DNA of 64,000 nucleotides from Octopus vulgaris (taxonomy: Eukaryota): the NCBI GenBank assembly GCA_951406725.2, contig OX597817.1:156178001-156242000 (forward strand). Reading direction: 5' to 3'. A program made the position numbers and the translations under genes. Shown piece after piece: positions 1-13,089 of the stretch. The notes under the pieces are model-generated. The model worked only from the letters and a program-made list of their open reading frames with translations. It did no database searches and was not told where the DNA came from. Every line of letters begins with the position of its first letter. The stretch's first letter is position 1.

Positions 1-103
1 CAAAGGATCCGCTAATTTGTGAAACATCGCTTCAAAACACCCAGGATGGACACAAATGAGGTAAGAAGACTGCATCGGTATTTATTTTATAGATACATAA
101 CTA

Positions 104-120
104 ATATATATATACATACA

Positions 121-151
<31 letters not shown>

Positions 152-213
152 GTGTGTGTGTGTATGTATGTATGTATGTATGTATACATATTGTATGTAT
201 GCATATATGTATG

Positions 214-271
<58 letters not shown>

Positions 272-338
272 GCATGTTGTTTAGTCTCTGATCCACCATA
301 TATGTATGTATACATATATGTATGTATGCATATATGTA

Positions 339-371
<33 letters not shown>

Positions 372-621
372 TATGCATGTTTATACATATATATATATAC
401 ATGCATACACACACCTATATGTGTGTGTATACATGTATAAATAAACACATAGCTATACACACATGCATATATGTATATACATATGCATATACATGCATAC
501 ATATATAGGCATTTGAAAGTATGTGTGTGCGTATACACACACACAGATATATGCATATAGCTGCGTACACACATACATGCACACAAACACACAGCTACAC
601 ATGCATACAGAAGGAATGAGG

Positions 622-653
<32 letters not shown>

Positions 654-830
654 TCGTACATATCTATAATACCTGTATATTCATGCATACAGTTAAACCT
701 TACCTATATGCACATATATATATCTGTACATACACATTCATATACAGGCACACGTATACATGATATATATGTGCACAATTACACTTACATGTAGCAATAC
801 ACACATCACTACAAATATACACATCACATA
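104..830. repeat. Compound (TA)n/(TACA)n/(TG)n microsatellite field
   Basis: Visible di- and tetranucleotide arrays; the overlapping ORFs are YI/HT/CV low-complexity artefacts. Confidence 0.95.
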
Positions 831-1134
831 ACTATATATATATATATACACTTCACTACCCAAACACACCAGTCAACTAGGGGGTCCACTTTTGGAGGAA
901 CTACACCTGCTAAAAATAGCAGCTCCCTCAAAGTACACCTTCCCTGATTAGAAATGGATAATTTCTTCCAGAGTATATTGTGCAGGTGTATAGAATGGGT
1001 GGTCACGGCTGGGATATTCTTGCTGTTAGGTGTCCTGGATCAGTGACTAAACAACAATAGCTATGCATGTACATAACTATACGTGCATGCTCCAATATAT
1101 ACAAATTCCTTTACATACTTCATCATCATCATCA

Positions 1135-1312
1135 TCATCGTTTAGCGTCCGCTTTCCATGCTAGCATGGGTTGGACGGTTCAACTGGGGTCTGGGAAGCC
1201 AGAAGGCTGCACCAGGCCCAGTTTGATCTGGCAATGTTTCTACGGCTGGATGCCCTTCCTAACGCCAACCACTCCATGAGTGTAGTGGGTGCTTTTTACG
1301 TGCCACCGGCAC
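1135..1312 (-). mobile_element. RTE-LINE 3' UTR fragment
   Basis: Near-identical to 52630-52800, which is joined to an RTE C-terminal coding remnant; ends in (CAT)n. Confidence 0.7.
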
Positions 1313-1399
1313 TTCTACTTAAAAATTCCCATACATATTTCGATACATACCTGATATGTAATTACACATACAGATAGCAATATACATACAAGTTCATAC

Positions 1400-1685
1400 T
1401 CACACACATACATACACACACATACATACATACATACATACATACATACATACATACATACATACATACATACATACATACATGCATGCATGCATACATA
1501 CATACATACATACATACATACATACATACATACATGCATGCATGCATGCATGCATGCATGCATGCATACATACATACATACATACATGCATGCATGCATG
1601 CATACATACATACATACATACATACATACATACATACATACATACATACATACATACATACATACATACATACATGCATACACGC
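1400..1685. repeat. (TACA)n/(TGCA)n microsatellite
   Basis: Direct tandem array. Confidence 0.97.
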
Positions 1686-2215
1686 ACGCACATTCAAAGA
1701 AATAATAAAGTTGTATTGAGAATGCATAAACCAATAAAAGTTTTTGATAGTTGCTGTAACTTTGGTACAGGACGGTCCTGCAGTCAGTTTAGTGTGAAGA
1801 AGAAAATTGTTTCCAAGTGTACACTTCTTTAGGCTGTTGCTGCTGCTGCTACTCCTGCTGCTGCTGTTGTTGTTTTGTTTTGTTTTCTGGACCGAGATCA
1901 TTTCTAAATGAGCAAGCACATAACCAAATAGGTTCCAGCAGTGACCGACCACCCGTATTATAAGGGCTATCTGCCTGGGGTAAGATTACCCTATGTGTCA
2001 TCTAATGTTTCTTGTCCTCTTCATTTAAGTTTTCGAGGTGTAATTTGATGTTGATTTGATTGCTATTTCTGTCAAATTGTGCGTCCACATTAAGGTTCCC
2101 TCGTTGGCCAAGGGTAGCGGTCCTCAATGTATATTGCACCACGAACCGGATCCATGCAACACAATTTTTCCACAGGCCAGGAGATCATGTGCACAACAAA
2201 ACACATTGAAGGGCA

Positions 2216-2437
2216 TACGAGGGGGCTGCTAAAAGGTTCCCAACTTTAGGTGTATCGCAAAAGGCCCGGCTAGAGACCCAACCTTCCGAGTTCTTTTACA
2301 GGGTTTAGAAAAACTGAAGGACCGCTGCAATAAACGTATGAACCTGAGAATGGAATATATTAAATAAAATCATAATTAACGGATCTTCCTGTAATTTCTT
2401 TTGCCCAAAGCCAGGAACTTCCCAGTGTCCCCTCGTG
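2216..2437 (+). mobile_element. Internally deleted mariner (Tc1/mariner) element
   Basis: Imperfect TIRs TACGAGGGGGCTGCTAAAAGGTTCC / GGAACTTCCCAGTGTCCCCTCGTG; the interior encodes LEKLKDRCNKRMNLRMEYIK*, like a mariner transposase C-terminus. Confidence 0.8.
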
Positions 2438-2481
2438 ATATATATTTTATATAGATTACATGTATAGTATAATAGTTATAG

Positions 2482-2520
<39 letters not shown>

Positions 2521-2522
<2 letters not shown>

Positions 2523-2840
2523 TCCCGGGTAGAGTCGGGGTTAACCACAGTAAATAAGTTGGTTAACCCCGACTCAACCCGGGACCTACATATCCTAGCA
2601 CACCCTAGTGCCCTTATAACCATCTCCAAGAAATAATGCTGACAAGAATCGACCTCAACACTTCCCTGAAGAACATTCCTATCCCACCAAGGAAACAGTA
2701 CCTACCCAAAAAACGTCCCCCACCACCACCCCATTAAATCTGCCTAAATGTATAAATACCAGACCTTATTTTGACAGCCAGCTTCCTGAAGATTTCATCT
2801 GAATGAAACAGTTCTAGTCCTGTAGAAGCTCCTTCTATAA
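2521..2840 (+). mobile_element. Internally deleted Penelope-like (Naiad-type) element in (TA)n
   Basis: (TA)n on both sides; 27-bp 5' inverted repeat; ATG at 2636 gives MLTRIDLNTSLKNIPIPPRKQYL (SLKNIPIP is the N-terminal motif I recall for Naiad-type PLE ORFs); hammerhead at the 3' end. Confidence 0.7.
2780..2830 (+). ncRNA. Type I hammerhead ribozyme
   Basis: Stem I AGCTTC/GAAGCT, core CTGAAGA, stem II TTC-atct-GAA, GAAA, stem III ACAG/CTGT, cleavage triplet GUA (after 2824). Confidence 0.85.
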
Positions 2841-3207
2841 TATATATATATATATTAGTATATATATATATACATGTATAGTATAAAAGAGTCTGCAGAC
2901 AACGATAGTCAATAAAATAGAAATGAAATTTTAAAATGTTTTCTTTCTGTTTAATCTGGTCCCAAATGTTCCGCGGCCCGATGTTTGGGGACCTTTGGCT
3001 CATGTACTTTTATGTTCTGCAATGTCTTTCGCATTTCTTGCACTGTATTAGTAACGTTTCCCCATACGCTCGATACTCTACAGAATGTCATTGTAGTGCC
3101 ATGTCCTCTACATTCCGTTACTGTCCTGTGTTAACCTTCTGAGCCATTGAGTTTGGGAGAACTTTGAGACAAAGTCATTCACTCCATTGCAGAACTCTCT
3201 CTTTTTA

Positions 3208-3263
<56 letters not shown>

Positions 3264-3453
3264 TCTCAATATACATTTATATTTCTATCTATATAGTGTT
3301 TGTGTGTGTATGGATGTGTGTATATATATATTTATATATAGGCCAGCGGGGTGGCGTCATTCGAAGGATAAAACAATGCGAACGCATTGTGACCAGCGAT
3401 GTGTAACAACTTCTGATGGTCTGGTCGGTCACATGATCACATGATGATGATGA

Positions 3454-3512
<59 letters not shown>

Positions 3513-3753
3513 GCCTGCGTTATATGTGTGAATACGTGTATATATGCATGTGAGTGTGTGTGGTGTGCATGTATTTGTTACACATGTTTGTATGTACGTA
3601 TACATCCACTTCCACATGCGTGCGCTTGAGAAAGAAAAAGTGTATCTCGAAAGATATTTAAACATTTTCAACACCGAACATGTTTGGGTTTTTTTTTCCC
3701 TGGCTTCTTTTTCTTTTTTTTTTCTTTCTTGAAGACTTGTCAAAATTTACGCG

Positions 3754-3767
3754 TGACCTTTGAACCT
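3754..3767 (+). promoter_or_regulatory. Possible nuclear-receptor direct-repeat site (COUP-TF/HNF4-type)
   Basis: TGACCTTTGAACCT followed by TTGACA in otherwise unique sequence; motif match only. Confidence 0.25.
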
Positions 3768-4399
3768 TTGACAGATAACCGTTTCTCATTTCCTAAAACA
3801 ACTTCATGTATCCTCTCTAAGATCAATTTTGGAATGTTGACCTAGCTCGGTAGTATCCTTGTTCCCCAAACCAACGAGGAAACTTCTCTACCGTAACTCA
3901 ATCTGCTAAATATAGCTGCTAAATCTTCTTCAAGTCGGTACCACCCGAAGATTGAGGCGAGTAAGAGAGCACATCCTGTCAACGAATCTTGACTTTCAAA
4001 CGGTCCAGTTTCGGTAGCTGTAACTAAGTATCAACATTCAGACACAATTCGACTTTGCAAACATCAGCGGTGTTAAAATTCACAAGTAGTATGCTAGCTA
4101 CCGGCGTAGGACTGACTTCAACTTGCCTGAATGTTTAACTCAAAGATTAGTGAGCTTAGCTCAAGCTTCGGTGATTTTTTTCCCCAGATGTTGCTTCTCG
4201 AACGAAGTCTTTTTATAGAGGACGAACGTCCATATATACTCTCAAGATATATCTTCTTTCGTTGTCTTTTCTAATTACATATAAACCTCCCTCTTCTTAT
4301 TCTTCTATAACGATATCATTCTTCTTATCTAGATGATTCCTTTCGTTATTCTTTCAACAATATCCATTTCGCCCACCCAGTAATTTTCTCCATCCACTA

Positions 4400-4730
4400 C
4401 TCCTGAGAGGGTCATAGGAGTAGCATCCTTAGTCACCATCTCCATAGGGTTCTATCAAAAACAGCCATCGTTACTCTTTCCGGCTGGATTCTCAAATGTG
4501 AACAACTGGAACTATGGAAGATGTCCAAGTTCAACCATCTCGTTCTTGGTCTACCTCTAGATCTCCTGCTGGTTGGCTTGTTGTGATTCTTTCTTTTGAC
4601 ATTCTAATTACATGTCCGTAGTACTGGAGCTGTGATCTTTCAATGCTGAGAAGTAGCTGCACAACCTGGAGAGAATCCTTGATCCTTTTCGGCAATAACT
4701 GTTTCTTTTCCCTCAGCTCAAGTACCATTT
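4400..4730 (-). mobile_element. Decayed RTE-clade LINE 3' end
   Basis: LLLSIERSQLQYYGHVIRMSKERI matches the RTE C-terminal W/YYGHV.RM motif; homologous to 51225-51460. Confidence 0.75.
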
Positions 4731-4783
4731 AATTTTTCAAAATTAAAATACATAGTTCAAAGGATTAACCTCGGAGTAAGGTC

Positions 4784-4988
4784 TACTCTTTTACTCTTTT
4801 ACTTGTTTCAGTCATTTGACTGCGGCCATGCTGGAGCACCGCCTTTAGTCGAGCAACTCCACCACGGGACTTATTCTTTTGTAAGCCCAGTACTTATCGG
4901 TCTCTTTTGACGAACCGCTAAGTAACGGGGACATAAGCATCGGTTGTCAAGCAATGCTAGGGGGACAAACATAGACACACAAACACAC

Positions 4989-5048
<60 letters not shown>

Positions 5049-6892
5049 TAAGGTATGTAGAAAAATACAACATGGACAAGAACGTATAACTCTTAGAAGA
5101 CGACACAATAAACACGGACAGGACATTCGAAACCCTCAGTCTTCAGTCAAGAACCGGATCATCGTAGTAATTTCGGCTGATTAATCTTGAGATTACTAGA
5201 TCACGGCCAGCCCTCCAAGAAAAACCAAGCAACGAGCATTAGAAAAACTAAGCTGGAAGCGTAGATTTCCTGGAAGAAGGATCGAATGCATACGAACACC
5301 AGGACAGCAAAAGGGACAGATATAAAAAAAAAACAAAAAACAATAATGGAATACAGAAACATGAAATACAGAAGCATTAACGGTGAAAACAACAGTGTCT
5401 TACGACTGATAACAAGCAAACAAATTTTTTCTCTGGCGCAATGGAAAAAGCCTTTATAGTGGCGGACGAAAACAGCGATGTTAACAGAACGAGGGTCAGA
5501 GGCTGAAAGGCAGATTTCGGCCAACAGTCACGTGACAGAGAAGAGGGAAAAGAAAAGAAAGAGAAGCAAAGGAAGAGAGAGAGAGAGGAGGGACAAACGC
5601 AACAAAGAGAGAGAAGAGAGAGAAAGAAGGAATCAGAGAGGAGAAGGGATGGGTGTCGAAGAATGACCTGTGAGTGCAGAGCGAGACAAAGAAATAGGAG
5701 GGTAGTGGAAGACTAGACCAAAGAATCAGAGGAAAGAGAAGAGAAAAAGAGGATGAGTAGAGAGAAAAGAGAGAGAGGGGGACAGATCAAGTAAAAATGA
5801 GAGAGAGAGAGAGACAAACAGAGAGTCGTACCAATTATTAAGAATATGTGCTCACATAAATGTTAAGGGGGGTACGGGGCGCCTGGAATATATGTTAAGG
5901 TATGTAGAAAAATACAACATGGACAAGAACGTATAACTCTTAGAAGACGACACAATAAACACGGACAGGACATTCGAAACCCTCAGTCTTCAGTCAAGAA
6001 CCGGATCATCGTAGTAATTTCGGCTGATTAATCTTGAGATTACTAGATCACGGCCAGCCCTCCAAGAAAAACCAAGCAACGAGCATTAGAAAAACTAAGC
6101 TGGAAGCGTAGATTTCCTGGAAGAAGGATCGAATGCATACGAACACCAGGACAGCAAAAGGGACAGATATAAAAAAAAACAAAAAACAATAATGGAATAC
6201 AGAAACATGAAATACAGAAGCATTAACGGTGAAAACAACAGTGTCTTACGACTGATAACAAGCAAACAAATTTTTTCTCTGGCGCAATGGAAAAAGCCTT
6301 TATAGTGGCGGACGAAAACAGCGATGTTAACAGAACGAGGGTCAGAGGCTGAAAGGCAGATTTCGGCCAACAGTCACGTGACAGAGAAGAGGAAAAGAAA
6401 AGAAAGAGAAGCAAAGGAAGAGAGAGAGAGAGGAGGGACAAACGCAACAAAGAGAGAGAAGAGAGAGAAAGAAGGAATCAGAGAGGAGAAGGGATGGGTG
6501 TCGAAGAATGACCTGTGAGTGCAGAGCGAGACAAAGAAATAGGAGGGTAGTGGAAGACTAGACCAAAGAATCAGAGGAAAGAGAAGAGAAAAAGAGGATG
6601 AGTAGAGAGAAAAGAGAGAGAGGGGGACAGATCAAGTAAAAATGAGAGAGAGAGAGACAAACAGAGAGTCGTACCAATTATTAAGAATATGTGCTCACAT
6701 AAATGTTATAGAGAGAGAGAGAGAGATACGACGGGCTTCTTTCAGTTTCCGTCTACCAAATCCACTCACAAGGCTTTGGTCGGCCCGAGGCTATAGTAGA
6801 AGACACTTGCCCAAGGTGCCACGCAGTGGGACTGAACCCGGAACCATGTGGTTGGTAAACAGGCTACTTACCACACAGCCACTTATGCGCCT
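4784..6892 (-). mobile_element. SINE family B copy split by a 1.66-kb insertion
   Basis: Tail at 4784-5047 and head at about 6725-6892 match the intact copies at 9412-9857 and 56700-57111. Confidence 0.85.
5048..6708. repeat. Near-identical tandem pair of an ~815-bp unit (5048-5865, 5895-6708)
   Basis: Direct repeat with a 29-bp spacer, inserted in the (TA)n of a SINE. Confidence 0.92.
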
Positions 6893-7447
6893 ATTTTGCA
6901 TAAATATCTCAATGGTAACAACTGACATCGTAACATGTAAGTTCTAAACTGCTTCCACTTCAGCATAAGGACAACTTTATTTAAAAGTTACGACTATATC
7001 AAGACAACTGTTAATTTACTTGGCTTTAGGGCAACATTGTAATACGTCCTATGTCTGCTTTATGAAGCCTCTCTTGAACATTAGAACTACATTAGGGCAA
7101 CTTACACTTTCACATTAAAGGTTATTATAGGACAGCTTTTACTTTCAACTTTAGGGTAAAAATAGGACGTATTCTACTTCTACAATATGACAACCTTCAA
7201 GTGAATATACATGCATGTATGCTTGGGTGTATGCGCGCACACGCGTGTGTGTTTGTGTGTGTGTGTGTGTTGATTCACCGAGAAACGATAAGTTACAGAA
7301 CTCAATACGTAAATGTAGAGTATTCTTTACTACATTATAACTGAAAGGAACCATAATTTCCAGTACTCCGAGTTTCACGTTTCCAGTCATTCAGCTGCTG
7401 ATCCGAGCCTGTTTTCTCTTGAATTATCTGCTGTTTGAGTATATTTT

Positions 7448-7900
7448 GATACATACATGCATACATACATACATACATACATACATACATACATGCATAT
7501 ATACATACATACATGCATATATACATACATACATACATACATACATACATACATGCATGCATACATACACACATACATACATACATACATAATACATACA
7601 TACATACATACATACATACGTACATGCATACATACATACATACGTACATGCATACATACATACATACGTACATGCATACATACATGCATACATACATGCA
7701 TATATACATGCATACATACAAACATACATACATACTTACATGCATACATACTTACATACATACATACTTACATGCATACATACATACATACATACATACA
7801 CAAATGCATGCATGTGTATGCCATATGTACATATATACACGCATGCATACACATACATGTGCATGCACTCGCACGCACACACACACAGACACACACACAT
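7448..7900. repeat. (TACA)n microsatellite
   Basis: Direct tandem array. Confidence 0.95.
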
Positions 7901-8100
7901 TCACAGTGTCCTTTAAGGACCACTTGATTTCAAGCGTAGCCTAGCGTCCTAACAACGTTCCTTTGTTTTTATTTGCTTCTTTGTAATTTAAACGTTTATA
8001 TTTAGCAAATCCCGAGAGCACCGAAGCGGACCATTTTGATTCATAAGTGTAGCGCAACTATTATAGAAAGACCAGAAAGAGAGAGAAGAGGAAGGGATAG

Positions 8101-8164
<64 letters not shown>

Positions 8165-8362
8165 GAAAACTGTTAATAAAATAACCACACACTGATATAA
8201 CAAGTCGATGGACTAAAAATAACACTACTCCCCCTAACACGCTTCATAACACCTGAATAGGATACCCATTTTCGGCCACATTAATAATGCAAATACGTTT
8301 GCACAGAAATACATGGAAACAGCATTTGTCTTTCCCATTCTATATTATTCCACTTATCACAT

Positions 8363-8416
<54 letters not shown>

Positions 8417-8675
8417 ACTCTCTCTCTGTAACTGCATCAAACTTTACTTTCACTTTCTCTTTGCACTCTTGTGTAAACGTGTAACTCTAACGCTGCCTCT
8501 ATTTTGCTCCCTCTCTCTCCTTGCTTCTCTATAGCAAGTATGTTTCGAGTGAAAGAACCTGTTTAATCGGGAATGTAGAAAAGGAGAAAGCAAAGTCTTC
8601 AGTGTGAGTTGTGTGGTTTGTGGGGTCAACTACGTCCTCCGCTTCAGTTTTTGTTAATCACTCATTCTCATTTAA

Positions 8676-9072
8676 TCTTTATATATAAAAGTGAAGTTGT
8701 GTGTCTGTCTCCTACGATTTAGATTCCTAACTACTCCCACATTTTGCGATGCAGTTTAACCAAAACCGGATATCTTATAGTCGTGATTCGTATCAAGCCC
8801 TTCTGGGTATTAGCGCGCGTCTACGATGAGTCTACGATTTAAAAAAAAATTTACCATAATTTTTTTCCATTTTAATGCATTTTTTCGCTATTATATAAGG
8901 GAAGTAACTCTCTAAAAATGTCTACTATGAGTCACCGATTTAAAAAAAAAATTAGCATCATTTTTTTCCATTTTTAATGCATTTTTTTGCTAATTTTTGG
9001 CTATAACTCTCTAAAAATGCTTATATAGTTATTTCCCTTACAAACCCGAGCAACGCCGGGCGATACTGCTAG
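8676..9072 (+). mobile_element. Non-autonomous Helitron
   Basis: Begins 5'-TC after A; ends with hairpin CCCGAGCAACGCCGGG then CTAG before T; no TSD; second copy at 44759-45148. Confidence 0.85.
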
Positions 9073-9411
9073 TTGTATATATTTTAATTGTTTGTTTATT
9101 CATATGTTTCGTCTCATTCGATACCCTGACCCCAACGTTTGTTTTGTCCCCTCTTTTTCTCAACCTTATGGTGAATAAAGAAATACTCTCCTTGCTTCTC
9201 TCTCATTCTTTTCCAACCTTTTTTTTCTATCTCCCTCTCTGTATTCCCATTCTGTCCCAGTCTACCTCTCTTTCATTCTTTCTCTGTGTATTTCTCTTTC
9301 TGTATCTTTCACTCAGTCGTTCTCCCCATTCCCTCTCCACTTCTGTCTCCCTCTCTTTTCCTCCCTGACCCTCTTTTTCTGTCTCCCCACACTCTCTCTG
9401 ATATATATATA

Positions 9412-9648
9412 CTTTTACTTTTATTTTTTTACTAGTTTCAGTCATTTGACTGCGGCCATGCTGGAGCACCGCCCCCAGTCGAGCAAATCGACCCCGGGAC
9501 TTATTCTTTGTAAGCCCAGTACTTATTCTATCGGTCTCTTTTGCCGAACCGCTAAGTAACGGGGACATAAACACACCAGCATCGGTTGTCAAGCAATGCT
9601 AAGGTGACAAACACAGACACACAGACACACAGGCATATACACACACAT

Positions 9649-9697
<49 letters not shown>

Positions 9698-9857
9698 TAC
9701 GACAGGCTTCTTTCAGTTTTTGTCTACTAAATCCACTCACAAGGCATTGGTTGGCCCAAGGCTATAGCAGAAGACACTTGCCCAAGATGCCACGCAGTGG
9801 GACTGAACCCGGAACCATGTGGTTGGTAAGCAAGCTACTTACCACACAGCCACTCCT
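9412..9857 (-). mobile_element. tRNA-derived SINE family B
   Basis: A/B-box head (GTGGCTGTGTGG...GGTTCAGTCCC), internal TA/CA microsatellite, tail CAGTCAAATGACTGAAAC; multiple copies in the window. Confidence 0.9.
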
Positions 9858-10583
9858 ATATGAATAAATATGTTCTATCTCTAATTTTCTCTCTCTCTCT
9901 CTCTCTGTTTCACATTCTGTATCTAACTATGTATATTAGATAGATAGATTGAAAGAAACGTAGACACACATATACATACATATACACACATACACTCACA
10001 CATATACACAGTCACATACGCACACACATACACACATGTACACGTAAATCTATCTGAACATGATATAATTTAATAGCGGTAGACAAAAGCTCTGCGTTTT
10101 ATAATTAAAAATCACAGCCAATCACACACACACACACACACAAACACACATCTGCGCGCGCGCATACAGACTGTGCGCGCGCATACAGACTGTGCGCGCA
10201 CAAACTGAGCGCGCATGCGTGAGTTGCACCTTGAGAGAGTCATTTTGTCAATAAAAGTACACACGTTGGTTCTGTTTGGTTTCATTTTATTGTTAGTCAA
10301 CTGGGTCACACGATTTTACATCAATAATTTTTCAAAAAAAGTGCAAAAAACATGATAGATAGATAGATAGATAGACAGGTTGATAAATAGATATGAATAT
10401 ATCGACGTGTGTCTGTATGTGCGCGCGCGTGTGCCTGCATGCTTGTGTGTAGGCTTCTACGTACGTGTATATATATATGAATATATTATTTGGTATTGTT
10501 GATCAATTTATAGAAAACAACTGTACATTTACTGATGGCGAGTCCCTATCCACTTAGTGGAATTACAGTATTCATCATTTTCA

Positions 10584-10700
10584 GTTGACCGGAACTTCAA
10601 GTTTCGCCATATTGGCTTGTCTAACCAGATGGTTGAGTGAGCTGATAACGCGAAAACTTGAAGTCCCGATCAAAATTATATATATATATATATATATAAT
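10584..10700. mobile_element. Short inverted Penelope-like remnant with degenerate hammerhead halves
   Basis: Inverted repeat TTGACCGGAACTTCAAGTTTCGC / GCGAAAACTTGAAGTCCCGATCAA abutting (TA)n; the minus strand reads ctgg-TTAGACAA-gcc aatat ggc-GAAA-cttgaag-TT-ccgg. Confidence 0.45.
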
Positions 10701-12112
10701 ACATAATATGGTGAGGGAGAAGGAAGGAGAAAACTTCCGACTGGATGATCACAGCAATTCACGCGATAAAACAGAATTCAGTATCTGACAGGATGACTAC
10801 ACATTCTGTAAGTAAGATGAATAACTGCTCACGTAAGAACAGTTTGCACCACAAGTTGAGCGAATTCTGCCTTGTACATACAAAAATGTAATCGAATTTG
10901 TTTCTTTGAAAAACCAAATATGTTTGGATGTCTTTTCGAAAATATGTTATCCGAACTTTTCAATGAATGAATGCGTTGATAGAACTGATCCTTAAATTGA
11001 TTTTCAAATAGTCCGAAGTAATAGCTTTGTTTAGTTGAATCTTAGCGTAATATATTGAGGCTTTCAAAAGCAATTTCTTTTTTTTTTATATATATATAAA
11101 TTGTGTAGAGCAATGCAATACATGTAAAAGAATACACTGATTATTGACATTGGAAAAGCTTTTTGAACTGAAATGGTTAATTGAATTTGCGAAAATTTTC
11201 TGCCAGAATAGCTAACCTTGACTGAATTTATACTGAAGATTTTATGACATCAGCAAGTGAAAATTCATGAACGTTTTTCATGTCTATAATTGGCTACGAA
11301 CCTTTAGTCGTCACTACCACCCCCGTATTTAATTGCCTAATACGGTTCTTGGTTCCAGTATCAAAACTAAGACAAGTGAAGAGGGGTGAGAAGAGGTGGA
11401 GTGATGGCTTCCACTCTAATAGAAGGATGTGTAGTGAGCTCAAAGCCGTCTCTGTGGATTCTGTCTTGGTTACTGAAAAGGTTAATTTTTGTATTATGAA
11501 GTAAGCGGTTGGTCAAAATGGTTGAAAAGTCTCTCTTGCAGGGAAACACTTTGACAAGACATTTTACTACATGCTGTTCTAGCCCACTCAGCTGGCAAAA
11601 ATAGTATTAAAACTGATAGGCTGCCCAGTCTACGTCAGGTCAGCGTGACAGCGTTAATGAGTTAGTGACATCACTAAAATGTTTCAAGCATGAAGAGGGG
11701 CAGTGGATTGTTATATCTTGCCTTTACCCCTTACAGGCGTTATATCGACCACAGTACTCGACTCCGAAAAGATGAAAACAATTATGGCTCTCGATTGATT
11801 TAAACTCAGAATGTAAAGAGACATAATTTAATACTGTAAGACATTTGTCCGATGCACCACCTATTCTCACATCCTTTCCCTTTGATGATTCATTAACAAT
11901 ATTGGATCAATCACAAAACTTTGGCCTGGAATAATAATGGCATCGGTTTTTAAGGACAGTATTTTTTCAGTTATAAATTTTTCTACATTTTCTAACCTCA
12001 TAAGTTTCCATAAACTATTTACAGTTTTCTCTCTTGTTCTCCCAATTTTTCGAATGATATCCCTGACGCCGGAGTTTATAACTTTGTCGAATGTTTAGCA
12101 ATAAGCATGGAT

Positions 12113-12481
12113 GGAAGCACTCCGTCGGTTACGACGATGAGGGTTCCGGTTGATCCGAATCAACGGAACAGCCTGCTCGTGAAATTAACGTGTAAGTGGC
12201 TGAGCACTCCACAGACACGTGCACCCTTAACGTAGTTCTCGGGGATATTCAGCGTGACACAGAGAGTGACAAGGCCGGCCCCTTGAAATACAGGTACAAC
12301 AGAAACAGGAAGTAAGAGTGAGAGAAAGAGTACAGCAAGGATCACCACCATCCCTGCCGGAGCCTCGTGGAGCTTTAGGTGTTTTCGCTCAATAAACACT
12401 CACAACGCCCGGTCTGGGAATCGAAACCGCGATCCTATGACCGCGAGTCCGCTGCCCTAACCACTGGGCCATTGCGCCTCC
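12113..12481 (-). mobile_element. tRNA-derived SINE family A
   Basis: Head GGAGGCGCAATGGCCCAGTGG with B-box; TSD CAATAAGCAT at 12099-12108 and 12484-12493. Confidence 0.92.
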
Positions 12482-12864
12482 ATCAATAAGCATACATTGT
12501 CCTAATTCCGACACATACTGTAAGCTGGATTTCTTAAACGCCAATTCAATTCACCGCTTTATTTTTTAAAGGAGCGAAATAAGCCCTTTTATCCTCATAA
12601 AATTTGCTGTTGTTGCTTATTATTGTTGATATTCTTTGAAAAAAGAGTAACTATATCTAAGGAAAATCGAACCAGAACAACCGAGTTCGCGTCTCACTTT
12701 CTGTTTTACGTTCAAATCCCGCAGGGGTCGACTTTGCCTTTCATTCTTCAGCAGTCGAAAAAATTGCTATGCTACTCAATCAAGCTCAACGATTAAATCG
12801 ACTTCCCAACTTTCTTCAAAATATGTAATCTTATAGCATTGTTAAAATTCTCCTCCTTGCCGTG

Positions 12865-12906
<42 letters not shown>

Positions 12907-13089
12907 GTCGTCGTCGTCGTTGTCATCACCTTTGTAGCCTTTCATCTGACTTTACATTCTGAGTATAAATATCGCCAAGGTCGACTTTGTCTTTAGTCCT
13001 TTTAGGATCGATAATTTAAGTACCAGTCAAGCACTGAGATTGATGTACTCGACTAGTTCCTCCCACGAAATTCCAGGCCTTGTACCTGC

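Noticed and set aside
11150-11290. hAT dimerisation-like LTEFILKIL..SASENS..ERFSCL
   Set aside because: Needs several frameshifts; too weak without a search.
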